Positions 39,128 to 48,710 of a stretch of 64,000 bases of DNA are shown here, piece by piece. Under the pieces are notes generated by a model. That model was not told the origin of the DNA and searched no databases. It was given only the letters and a program-made list of their open reading frames with translations. Every line of letters begins with the position of its first letter. Positions within the stretch are counted from its first letter, which is position 1. Location: the sequence record MN871447.1; one strand, written 5' to 3'. A program made the position numbers and the translations under genes.

Positions 39128-39655
39128 TTACCGGCTACTACCGGCGACGTGACTTATTTCGCCGAAGATGACGTTGACGGTCGCCAAGAGGTCTTCAAAG
39201 CCGTTATCGTGCTTCAACCAATGATACATATAATCTTTGCCGTCGATATTCAACATCATTTTAAGTTTTGGTGTTGAACGACCACGGCGGTATTTTGGTT
39301 TGTTCGGTAGCTCTCGTTCTGCCTGTAGACAGTAAGCGCGAGAGACGATTGCCATCCGGCGACGACCTGTATTAATAAAGGAAAGTGTATCCTCTAAAAA
39401 GGCGCGCATATGAGGCGTGAGTTTTGGGTTTTCTTCTTGCGCCTGTAACCACTCAGGGAAGAAGCGGAACAGATCCATCGCCCGGTTAATAACCTTACGG
39501 CGAAATTCCCAGGAATTGGCGTCACCTTTCGGGTCAGTCGTCAACTTTTCCCATGCGGCAGTAATCAGGTCATCCGGCTCCGGTTCGGTTTTACCCCCCT
39601 CATAGAGGGGGGAGCGGAAGCCAATCGGACTGAATTGGTAAGACTGAATGTTCAT
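39128..39655 (-). CDS. Conserved hypothetical protein
   Basis: Better start MNIQSY at 39655 with GGAG SD. Confidence 0.65.
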   Translation of the reverse strand: MNIQSYQFSPIGFRSPLYEGGKTEPEPDDLITAAWEKLTTDPKGDANSWEFRRKVINRAMDLFRFFPEWLQAQEENPKLTPHMRAFLEDTLSFINTGRRRMAIVSRAYCLQAERELPNKPKYRRGRSTPKLKMMLNIDGKDYMYHWLKHDNGFEDLLATVNVIFGEISHVAGSSR

Positions 39656-39660
39656 CGTAC

Positions 39661-40566
39661 TTACACTCCGTATTCGCGTTCCCATTTGGAAATCTTATAG
39701 TTAAGGTCACGGAGCCGTTGTTCGGTGACTTCAATGACTTTATCCTGTGCAGCGTCGCCTTGACCTTGTTTTGCCGCCATCATCTGTGCCAGACGAAGTT
39801 CCAGTGCTCGGCGTTCTTCTTTGGCACGTTTGAAGCTCTCGGCCTGGTACTCAACGTAATGGGAACCGATGAACCAGATGATGTCAGAGACAACAGGAAC
39901 GAATCCCATGCGCAGCGGGTCGACTTTCTGTTTCCCGACCATCGCATTCACGTCGTCTTCTTTACCCGGATCGTAAACGATATCAGGCACAGACTCAAGA
40001 GTGTTCAGAACCTGGCGCATAGGTTGCGCAAAGACTTTCGCACAACGGCAGAAGTTCACTAGGTGATCTTCGAGCCATTTCACTTCGCCTTTGGTAAACG
40101 GTTCAACGGTAGCGCCATAATCTTTACCCAACTCCGGAATCTCTTTACCGTAAGTGTACAGTAACACCCGGCGCGAGTAGAGACTGAAGAAATTGATCAG
40201 ACTGACAACGCGCATCAATGAGATTTTGTTGTACGTCAGACCATTTTTCATAATGGCTTCGGTTTTAAACGACGAATCTAAAGCGGCCTCTAAATTCGGC
40301 ATCCCCTCAGCCAGGTTACTGATAACCATCGCCAGTGAATTCACGAAATTAGAACGCGCGCCCGTTTCACGAACGTACAAAGCGTTGATACGTTTGATCG
40401 CTGGTGATTTAAACGGGTTGTTCCCGATGAAGAGTTTGTTCTCTGCGGCTGTTTTATACGGCGGCAGGGTTTCTTCGATAAGGCTCTTTCTGGCCAGCTC
40501 ATATTCTTCGATAATGCGCGAGCGCTCGAAGTTAGGGACCAGTGATCTGAAAAAATCTTTCAACAT
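39661..40566 (-). CDS. Internal head/inner-body protein (phiKZ gp90-like)
   Basis: 301 aa helical; GFVPVVSDIIWFIG then coiled-coil C-terminus; family recalled, not searched. Confidence 0.55.
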   Translation of the reverse strand: MLKDFFRSLVPNFERSRIIEEYELARKSLIEETLPPYKTAAENKLFIGNNPFKSPAIKRINALYVRETGARSNFVNSLAMVISNLAEGMPNLEAALDSSFKTEAIMKNGLTYNKISLMRVVSLINFFSLYSRRVLLYTYGKEIPELGKDYGATVEPFTKGEVKWLEDHLVNFCRCAKVFAQPMRQVLNTLESVPDIVYDPGKEDDVNAMVGKQKVDPLRMGFVPVVSDIIWFIGSHYVEYQAESFKRAKEERRALELRLAQMMAAKQGQGDAAQDKVIEVTEQRLRDLNYKISKWEREYGV

Positions 40567-40580
40567 GATTTTGCTCTCCC

Positions 40581-41831
40581 TTAGAAAGTAGGCGCTTTCA
40601 TTGATTTGTACATCTCGAAAATCTTCATGACGTCTGGCCCGGTATTCTTCGAGGCATTTTTCATGGCGTTGATTGACAGCTCGGTAGACCCTTCAATCCC
40701 GCGGTGGAAGATTTCAACTTGTTCGAAACTCCGATCAACGACGACCAATAACATAATACCGGAGTTACGTTCGAGCGTACGGCGACCTGCTAAAGTGGAG
40801 AGTTTAATGTTCAGTTCGCGTTCCAGGATTACGCGCTGTTCCTCTGTGATGACCACGATGTTTGAAGCGGAGGCAACGGACGGACGACCGGAGATCAGAC
40901 CAGCCAGGGTGTTCTTACGCTTCTGCTGAATCTGTTTCAGGTAAAGGCCGGTTTCATCTTTAATGATGTTTTTACGGTGCTCGTCTAACAGATCGCGGAC
41001 GCCAATCAGGTCAGCGAAGAAAGTCAGTTTATCCGCTTTGAATTCGTACCAGCGTTCTTTGAGGTTGCGGTTCTGAGCGCCAGCGGTCAGGAAGAGAGTC
41101 ATGCTGCGCGTGGGGACCGGGACAGTCTGCAGACGAACGTTGACCGGAACTTTTATTTGGCTCTCGTCAACTGCCACAGTGACTTCGAGCATTTTACCCA
41201 CTGCCAGGTTACTGTTGTCACGTAACGCCTGGAGAGTTTCTTTCGATACCAGTTCAGCGGAAATCGGTTTAGCGCCGCGGGCTGGTTTGTCGTTTTGTTC
41301 GTCGATACCCTCATTACTCATCGGATTAGGGTTGTGACCGACGCGCATTGCCTCGGTACTATGAACCGACCAGTTAATGGCCCCGACTTGATTGGCCTTA
41401 GCCAAGACATTCATGTTCTCTAAAGACGGCAAACCAAACTTGGTACCGTCCTCAAGCGCGACGGCACCGATGACGGCGTCAGCAAGGTTGTTCAACGGAT
41501 CACGTTTCGGATTAAAACGTTCTAAACGTTTAGTGACCGAGATCCCTTTGATTTCGGCAGCAAGGGCGACAGCCTGCATGTAATACCCAGAGAAGATGTT
41601 GAGCAGGGTCTGCATCAGATCTTCCATATACGGTTCACGCCATAGATTTTGTTCTACTAACGTGAGTGGCTCAATACGGGTCGGCTGAGTGTATTCAATG
41701 AGTGAATCAGAAAAAACATCACTGGCTCGGTTATTTTTGGCTTCTGCCTTCCAGTTACTACCCGCTGCACCCACTGCAGTCATCACCGCGGTCATAGTAG
41801 GAATGGCAATACTTTCTACTGACAGTTTCAT
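40581..41831 (-). CDS. Internal head/inner-body protein (phiKZ gp89-like)
   Basis: 416 aa; DSLIEYTQPTRIEPLTLV, LAVGKMLEV; sites VALED, PSLEN, STEA. Confidence 0.6.
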   Translation of the reverse strand: MKLSVESIAIPTMTAVMTAVGAAGSNWKAEAKNNRASDVFSDSLIEYTQPTRIEPLTLVEQNLWREPYMEDLMQTLLNIFSGYYMQAVALAAEIKGISVTKRLERFNPKRDPLNNLADAVIGAVALEDGTKFGLPSLENMNVLAKANQVGAINWSVHSTEAMRVGHNPNPMSNEGIDEQNDKPARGAKPISAELVSKETLQALRDNSNLAVGKMLEVTVAVDESQIKVPVNVRLQTVPVPTRSMTLFLTAGAQNRNLKERWYEFKADKLTFFADLIGVRDLLDEHRKNIIKDETGLYLKQIQQKRKNTLAGLISGRPSVASASNIVVITEEQRVILERELNIKLSTLAGRRTLERNSGIMLLVVVDRSFEQVEIFHRGIEGSTELSINAMKNASKNTGPDVMKIFEMYKSMKAPTF

Positions 41832-41866
41832 CTAGTTTCCTCTGTGTTAAATAAAGGAGTGGAGTA

Positions 41867-43042
41867 ATGGCTTCATATAACCAAATCATGCAAGACAACC
41901 TGGACCTCGTTTTTCGTGCGGGTGGTCTGGGTTCTCGTCGTGCTGCGGCCTATGAAATGTTGTTCGGGTTAAATTATCGAGCAAGAGGACAGGTCGTTCC
42001 GGCGCAACGAGATCAGGTAGGTCTCACATTTTTTACTCGTCCAGACCTGAACTTACACAGGGACAACGTTACACAAGATAGGACGCTGACCGATTTGATT
42101 TCCACTGACGAGATCACGTATCCTCGTGCGATTCGTGCGATTCTCGACCCCGTGGGCTCAAGTGATCCTAACTTTGATTACAGTTGTAAGTTGGTCAATC
42201 CACGTAACCCTTTCATGTGCGTTTTAACGAATACCTTAAAAAGCGTTTCAGGTTTCCCTGACAACGCCATTGGTAAATACACCAGTAATGAAGGGATTGC
42301 CGGTGAACAATGGGGGATGGCAGACGGCTATTACAACATCCGTGGTAACTATCAATTGACAGCTTCATTCGCTAACGTTGACGGTTCCCCGGTTCTCAGA
42401 CTCTTCGATGTCTGGGAACGCTATATGGAAAATATCCGCACCAAAAAGATGAAGCCGTGGAGCCGAAATATTTACCGTAATCGAATGGATTACACCACAC
42501 GTATTTATCGTCTGATATTGGACCCCGGTCGGCGCTTTGTTCAACAGATTGGAGCCACCGGTTATGCGTTCCCTATCACTAACCCACGTGGCGGTGTCAT
42601 GAACTTTGATGCGGACGATAACTACGACCGCAGTACGGATCTGATTTCCATTCAGTTTGACGCTTACGGTGCGATTTATGACGATCCGTTATTGATTCGT
42701 CAATTTAATAAAGTCGTGGCCATGTTTAACCCGGATCTGCGTATCATCAATGAAACCAGTTTAAACAAAAGTAATATCGCGGTGAAGAGTAACAACTATT
42801 ATCGTGTCACTCCCGATCAACGAGAATACCTGAACTATTATTGTTACCCTCTCATTCATCCGTATACTCGAGAACTCTGCTGGTTTATCGAGAAACCGAT
42901 TTACGACTTAATCATGGCGAACAATTACGCTGTTCCTAACTACGACTATAACGCACTCCCTAACGATACTGATGACACTTATACCGGTTATCAGTCTAAT
43001 GTTTGGGATACCCTTGACCTCACGAAATCAGGAGACAATTAA
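41867..43042 (+). CDS. Virion tail/baseplate protein (tube-initiator-like)
   Basis: 391 aa; GLTFFTRPDLNL, LTNTLKSVSGFPD, RMDYTTRIYRLILDP, AFPI..P.G tube-like motifs. Confidence 0.6.
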   Translation: MASYNQIMQDNLDLVFRAGGLGSRRAAAYEMLFGLNYRARGQVVPAQRDQVGLTFFTRPDLNLHRDNVTQDRTLTDLISTDEITYPRAIRAILDPVGSSDPNFDYSCKLVNPRNPFMCVLTNTLKSVSGFPDNAIGKYTSNEGIAGEQWGMADGYYNIRGNYQLTASFANVDGSPVLRLFDVWERYMENIRTKKMKPWSRNIYRNRMDYTTRIYRLILDPGRRFVQQIGATGYAFPITNPRGGVMNFDADDNYDRSTDLISIQFDAYGAIYDDPLLIRQFNKVVAMFNPDLRIINETSLNKSNIAVKSNNYYRVTPDQREYLNYYCYPLIHPYTRELCWFIEKPIYDLIMANNYAVPNYDYNALPNDTDDTYTGYQSNVWDTLDLTKSGDN

Positions 43043-45948
43043 TGTCTGATTACGACGTTAGTGCGGCGTTAGCGCGCGCACCGATTAACCCGGAATCCTT
43101 TCAGCGTGTAGGGATCGAATTCCTGACGAGCAAATTGAACGGTGACTCGTTAGTGGATGTAAATGCGCCCGCTATTCACTTGCTCGAAGCGAGCAGTTCG
43201 ATGGCGGCTTATCATATCCAAGAAAACTTTGCGTTAGACCGTCGCCATTATCGTTTACTTGCGCAGAACTACATGGACCTTTATGGCCATCTTTCTGACG
43301 TTGATTACCTCGGTCGTTTTAGTTCACCGGGGAAAGTCACCATGCGGTACACTGTGAGCTACGATGACATTATTGCCAGCATGATCGAGGTCCCTGACAC
43401 CAACCTGAAACGCGTGGTGATTCCGCGTTACACTGAAGTCAGACCAGGCGGTGATTACCCGTTAACGCTTCTCTACCCGATTGAGATTCGACAGCTCCCG
43501 CATGACGGTTTACAAGTGGTGTTCAACACCGACGAGACCAGTCCGATTCAAACTTTGACTGATAACGTTCTGAACTGGCAGTTCTTAAAAGACGCCACGA
43601 GCGATCAAGCAACTTATTTGCAGATTGAGATCCCCATGTTCCAGTTGGCCAGGAACAGTATCATCGAACAGATCTCCGACGGTAATTCTCGTTTCGCGGT
43701 ACCGTTCACTGACAAATATTACTACGCCCGTGTTTTCCAGGGAACAAGCGGAAATTGGAAAGAACTCGGTACTACGCACTCTCTTCAGGTTTACGACGCA
43801 TCGTCTCCCACGGCGGTATTGCAAGTAGGCGACGGGGTTCTTAACGTTACGATCCCGCCTATCTATTACACAGCGGGCTTAGTCTCTGGTAACCTTCGTA
43901 TCGACGTTTATACTACGCAAGGCGAGATCTACGAAGACCTGACTAACTTCGCAACCGAGAAGTTTCAGATCACCTGGGGAAAAGACGCCGAGATTCCTGA
44001 TCTCGACAACTACTCATCGAGTATTCCTAACCTCCCTTATGCGTGGACGTCGACAGAAGCGATCACTGGGGGATCAGACGGTTTGACGTTTGAGGAACTT
44101 CGTGAAAGAAGTATTTTTAACGTTTCTAATAGCGTAGATAATACTCCTATTACTCCGGCACAAATTTCTGCACGCTTGAATTTGTTAGGGTTTGATATTG
44201 TCAAATCCAGAGATGACATTGTTGATCGTCTTTATCTGGCGACCACGAATATGCCTACTGCACCGGAATCAATTCTCAATGCAGGGATTCCCGCAGCGAT
44301 GACGACGCTTCAAACCAGTATTGAAAAGTTAACGAAAGTCCAGGGTGTTTACGATAACGGTGATCGTATTACGTTATCGCCGGAAGTGCTCTTCTCGTTA
44401 ACTAACGGGGTGTTATCACTGGTCGATAATAACATGCGACCGGAAGTACTGTATAAAACCCCGGAAACATTTGTCAATGGAATCAACCAAGCGAACTACG
44501 CGTTTACTCCGTTCCATTACGTATTAGATACGAGTTCGAATGCGTTCTCATTACGACCGTATTACCTGCAAAACCCGGAACAAACCAAACGCCGTTTTAT
44601 CCGTGACAACGCCACGCTCCTGATTGACGTCAGTACAACCGGTTTCAACATCACCCGTACGACAACAGGCTACCGACTGACCATTGCTTGCACAGTGGGG
44701 CAGAGTTACTTAAACATCGAGGCAAGTAACCGTCATGTTCAGTTGGCCTTTATCCCTGCCGGGGAAAACGCTTATGCTTATCTGAACGGAACCTTTATGG
44801 GGATTACCGGGAAAACGGCAGTCTGGGCGTTTGACTTTAAAACCAACTTCGATCTGGACAGTGACAACAATCTCATTATCACCAACTTCAGTATCTTTGA
44901 GGAAGAGCCGCGTAAACTGGCATTACCGTTAGAAACGGAGTTTATGTTATTACATGCGGTCAGCGGTGATGTTGACGACGGTTATCAGTATTCGGCGATC
45001 GACGGATTGCTCGGTGAGTTTTTACTCCCTGACGACACGAAAGGGATCTCGCAAGAGTTTGTTACGCTGAAATTTGGTACAGCGTTAGAACGACTCTGGC
45101 ACGGTGCACGTAACGTAGCCGGTTCTTACGTTTATCAGACCTACGCAAGTGACGTCTACGATTATTACACCGCAGACATCCCGGAATACGATGCAAACGG
45201 TGTCCCGGTCTTTGTCATTGAAAATGGTCAACCGGTGATCTCTTATGCTCACAAATCAGGGGATCAAAAAGTGGATGGTTCGGGTAACCCGATTGTCTTA
45301 CATAAGGCAGGCGACCCTGTTTTAGACAGTGGCGGTAATCCGGTTCCCGTATCCGCAAGACCGGTACTTCGTCTCATCGATCTCTTGATCTTTGACGGTA
45401 ACTACGCCTACGTCTCTCAGGATACGGATTTAACAGATTTGAAATGGACAGCAAATAATCTGGCTAATACGCAACTCGAGAAATTAGCGGAATTAGGAAA
45501 CGCAGTCCTGGAGAAAACCAATATCTACCTCTACCCGAAACGCGGCTTCGGTCCAATTTCGGTTGTCGTTGATGACGGGGTGGAGAAAGTTATTGACTCG
45601 TCACTGACCTTTTCCGTGAAGTTCTATTTAACTGGGACGGCGTATCGTGATATGGACTATCGGGCTGCGTTGCAGACGTTGGCCGCGAAGATTCTGAACG
45701 ATGGTATCCGAAACGAAACCGTTTCTGTCTCAACACTGGTTACGTTGTTGAAACCACAGCTCGATGAGAACGTAGTCGGCTTTGATATCAACATGTACGC
45801 ACAAGGGACGGAGATGACCACCTTCACGCTTTCTGACGCATCGGTTCAACCTACCATTGATCGGGTGATTGAATACACCGAGGACGGTAAATACGCCGTG
45901 AAAGAAAACATTGAGTTTCTGTTTAAAAACCATACGGTAAGTAACTAA
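43042..45948 (+). CDS. Baseplate wedge protein (phiKZ gp87 / SPN3US gp48-like)
   Basis: 968 aa; TAATG coupling with upstream gene; ITGGSDGLTFEELRER resembles baseplate J / gp6-type wedge motif. Confidence 0.65.
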   Translation: MSDYDVSAALARAPINPESFQRVGIEFLTSKLNGDSLVDVNAPAIHLLEASSSMAAYHIQENFALDRRHYRLLAQNYMDLYGHLSDVDYLGRFSSPGKVTMRYTVSYDDIIASMIEVPDTNLKRVVIPRYTEVRPGGDYPLTLLYPIEIRQLPHDGLQVVFNTDETSPIQTLTDNVLNWQFLKDATSDQATYLQIEIPMFQLARNSIIEQISDGNSRFAVPFTDKYYYARVFQGTSGNWKELGTTHSLQVYDASSPTAVLQVGDGVLNVTIPPIYYTAGLVSGNLRIDVYTTQGEIYEDLTNFATEKFQITWGKDAEIPDLDNYSSSIPNLPYAWTSTEAITGGSDGLTFEELRERSIFNVSNSVDNTPITPAQISARLNLLGFDIVKSRDDIVDRLYLATTNMPTAPESILNAGIPAAMTTLQTSIEKLTKVQGVYDNGDRITLSPEVLFSLTNGVLSLVDNNMRPEVLYKTPETFVNGINQANYAFTPFHYVLDTSSNAFSLRPYYLQNPEQTKRRFIRDNATLLIDVSTTGFNITRTTTGYRLTIACTVGQSYLNIEASNRHVQLAFIPAGENAYAYLNGTFMGITGKTAVWAFDFKTNFDLDSDNNLIITNFSIFEEEPRKLALPLETEFMLLHAVSGDVDDGYQYSAIDGLLGEFLLPDDTKGISQEFVTLKFGTALERLWHGARNVAGSYVYQTYASDVYDYYTADIPEYDANGVPVFVIENGQPVISYAHKSGDQKVDGSGNPIVLHKAGDPVLDSGGNPVPVSARPVLRLIDLLIFDGNYAYVSQDTDLTDLKWTANNLANTQLEKLAELGNAVLEKTNIYLYPKRGFGPISVVVDDGVEKVIDSSLTFSVKFYLTGTAYRDMDYRAALQTLAAKILNDGIRNETVSVSTLVTLLKPQLDENVVGFDINMYAQGTEMTTFTLSDASVQPTIDRVIEYTEDGKYAVKENIEFLFKNHTVSN

Positions 45949-45953
45949 AGCAC

Positions 45954-45985
45954 ATAGACTGAGAGGCATTCGCCTCTCAGTCTAT
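45954..45985. terminator. Bidirectional hairpin between convergent genes
   Basis: atagactgagaggc-attc-gcctctcagtctat 14-bp stem. Confidence 0.8.
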
Positions 45986-45988
45986 TTA

Positions 45989-47224
45989 TCACGCATCGGT
46001 AGATTCGGGTTGTGCACTAACCATGTAGATGTAAAGTCGTTTCAACCAGCGGCGGTTGTCATCGTAAAAGTCCAGCGAGACGTCCGTCACAAATTGCAGA
46101 ATGGTCAAACATTCATGGACGTGTTCACTGACGTGACGGATCTGCTGAACAACGGTTTTATCACGGTCGTTATATTTCGACTGCTCAACTAACTTCTCGG
46201 TCGCTGACAATGAAGCATGTACCCGCTTTGAAACCGCAATGATTCGATCACCATCGGCATCGCTGAACAGTAACAGGGAGGTTTCGACTTTTAAGTTATC
46301 GTACGCATGTTTACAAAGGTCGGCGATCTTGGTGCTGTCAAAAGCAATATCATTATTGACGGCGACTTCTTTAAGATCGGCCAATGTTTGATAACCACTT
46401 TTGATTTTTTCCAGTGTGCTGTCGCCTTCTGCGTTCAACAACTTAAAGATCTTCTCGAGATCCGTTGACTTAAACCCGGTGCTCTCTGCGGAAGTGATCT
46501 CGTGACCCTCGTCCCACTTCCCAGTTACTACAGCCTTCACTAACGCTTCAAGGCGGTCCACGTTCGTCTCGAGATAGTCAACGATTTTACCCGGATGTCT
46601 AATAAAGGCACCGAGTGCTTTGTGCAAGTTTGTATCCGTGATCGCCCTGGCGCTATATTGGCTGTAGTTATCGTTGATGGCAGCAGCGATAGGGGAAAGC
46701 TTTTCGTCGTTAACGATTTCTTCTTTGCTGCGCATCTTAAATTGGAAGCCCAGTTCGTCAACCTTTTTCAGAAACGCATCAGTCTCTTCCCGTTTGACCT
46801 TCCCGATTGCCTTGTTAAAAAATTCACCAAAGGCTTTGATTTTCTCACCCACCCATTTTAACGCCCGTTTGATCATGCTTAAAATGGAATGACCGATCTG
46901 TTTAATGATCTCTTCACAGGCGACGTTCTGTTGTGTTTTGGAACGCTTCAGGGTATAAGAGTTAGTCGGGTAATGATCGGGGAAGGGGAGAATATTCAGA
47001 GCTTCCACTGCCGCCATACTGGCACGATCAACACCGTTCTTCTCCACATCTTCGAGTGTCTCTTCCAGTGCCTCAAGTTGCGCATCGTCACCCACACGTT
47101 TCACCATGTAAAACGACCACTGGTTATTTAACTCCATGACGATATCGCGGAGATTTTTACCGTCCTCACCGACAAACGTGAATACGCCGGGTACCGGCTT
47201 CACAATTTGATTATTCGTTTCCAT
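45989..47224 (-). CDS. Internal head protein, paralog family
   Basis: 411 aa; AAVEA, VACEE followed by ILSMIKRALKWVGEKI amphipathic helix. Confidence 0.65.
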   Translation of the reverse strand: METNNQIVKPVPGVFTFVGEDGKNLRDIVMELNNQWSFYMVKRVGDDAQLEALEETLEDVEKNGVDRASMAAVEALNILPFPDHYPTNSYTLKRSKTQQNVACEEIIKQIGHSILSMIKRALKWVGEKIKAFGEFFNKAIGKVKREETDAFLKKVDELGFQFKMRSKEEIVNDEKLSPIAAAINDNYSQYSARAITDTNLHKALGAFIRHPGKIVDYLETNVDRLEALVKAVVTGKWDEGHEITSAESTGFKSTDLEKIFKLLNAEGDSTLEKIKSGYQTLADLKEVAVNNDIAFDSTKIADLCKHAYDNLKVETSLLLFSDADGDRIIAVSKRVHASLSATEKLVEQSKYNDRDKTVVQQIRHVSEHVHECLTILQFVTDVSLDFYDDNRRWLKRLYIYMVSAQPESTDA

Positions 47225-48230
47225 TGTCTTGGTTCTCGCTTAAAATGGGTTTCAGCTTAATCATAATGACGGCTTTTAGAGCGGTATCTTTCTCTGCATC
47301 TAATTGTAATTTTAGATATTGACGCTGGATCGTTAGAGCGCTCTCTTGGACAGAAAGGTGCGTATCCAAAAGGAACATTAAAAGACGAATCTGTTCGGCT
47401 GTCCGTGTCCAAGCTTGGAGCAACGGTGTTTTCGCTTCGGCCAGTAAAGTTTTAATTAGCGTGTTTTTTACAATATTGAAACGAAGCGCCAAAACCTGGG
47501 ATTTAACTTCATCTACGCCTTCTCGAATAACTTCCGGGATAAACTCTCTGAGGTTCTGAATAGGGTCATTGGTCAAATAACTGTTTGGCCAACAGACTTC
47601 GTTACCTGAGGTTGGGATGAAGTTTTCTTCGATAGTAGGGAGAAGCGATTCGCTGACGTCACGGTTCCGTAATTGACGGCAATGTAAATCAAAATGTTTG
47701 TGGTAATTCTGGTCGCGGCATTTCTCTAAATTCGAGAAGGTTTCCGCAATGAGTTCTGGGTCGTTATCGAGTAACGGATGGATTACCCCGGAAGAAAAAC
47801 TTCGTGTTCCTTGAATAAGGTCAGGGAGATCCATGTAGATCGTTTTAACGGCCGAAAAATACTCTTCAACCAAAACACCGTTACGATAAAATTGATCAGT
47901 GAACCCAGTGCGTTTCGCATTGAGTGCCTGAATCGCAACTTTTAAACCCGGATCATCAATCGGCGTATGCGGGCGAACCGTTCGCATGTACACCAGACAA
48001 TCATTGATTAAGGTATTCTGTTCGATAAGATTATCGAGTGCTTTCTTGGCGCTAAAGAATAACGCAAGTCCCTCATCTACGTAATGTATCTTCGGTAAAA
48101 AGACATCGAGCACTGAAGCGCTCGATTGCGCTTCAGTATCCGTAGATTTATCACTGACCATCTCCGCGATTCGACAACGAAGACCAGGAGGGAAATGCGG
48201 GCGCTGATATTCCAACGTAGTGATGGTCAT
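47211..48230 (-). CDS. Hypothetical/virion protein
   Basis: 339-aa ORF in structural operon; overlaps the next gene by 14 nt. Confidence 0.6.
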   Translation of the reverse strand: MTITTLEYQRPHFPPGLRCRIAEMVSDKSTDTEAQSSASVLDVFLPKIHYVDEGLALFFSAKKALDNLIEQNTLINDCLVYMRTVRPHTPIDDPGLKVAIQALNAKRTGFTDQFYRNGVLVEEYFSAVKTIYMDLPDLIQGTRSFSSGVIHPLLDNDPELIAETFSNLEKCRDQNYHKHFDLHCRQLRNRDVSESLLPTIEENFIPTSGNEVCWPNSYLTNDPIQNLREFIPEVIREGVDEVKSQVLALRFNIVKNTLIKTLLAEAKTPLLQAWTRTAEQIRLLMFLLDTHLSVQESALTIQRQYLKLQLDAEKDTALKAVIMIKLKPILSENQDNGNE

Positions 48231-48242
48231 CTTTTTAAACCC

Positions 48243-48704
48243 TTATTTCACTGCCGCTCCCGGACGCGACATATCGAGAATAACCGGGGTGATCTTGTCC
48301 TTCAATAAGAAGGCGGCATTTGCAACAACCGAGTAGTCCATCCCGTCACCTGCGTATTGCGCCAGGAATACCGCAGCAGGCGTATTACCGGTCAGTACCG
48401 CTTCCACCTCGGCTTGGGTATGGACATGACAGGCACGGTAGCGTCCTAACCACACTTCGTGAACGCCGGCCTGTACCAGATTAATATCCACCAAGAAACG
48501 TTCGTTAAATTCAGAAACAAACTGGGTGACCTTCCAACGGTATTGTTCCTGGTACCAAACTGCCGGGTTTTCAACGGCGGCATTAGGTAAAGGTAAGGCG
48601 TACCCCAAACCGATAGCCAGTGCCAGAGAAAGTCTGACTTTGTCGACACCAACCACTTTAGTCAGCGGTTCAACGATGTCTTGGACGAATTGACGATTCA
48701 TCAT
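48243..48704 (-). CDS. Hypothetical/virion protein
   Basis: 153-aa ORF with AAGGA SD. Confidence 0.6.
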   Translation of the reverse strand: MMNRQFVQDIVEPLTKVVGVDKVRLSLALAIGLGYALPLPNAAVENPAVWYQEQYRWKVTQFVSEFNERFLVDINLVQAGVHEVWLGRYRACHVHTQAEVEAVLTGNTPAAVFLAQYAGDGMDYSVVANAAFLLKDKITPVILDMSRPGAAVK

Positions 48705-48710
48705 TAATCC

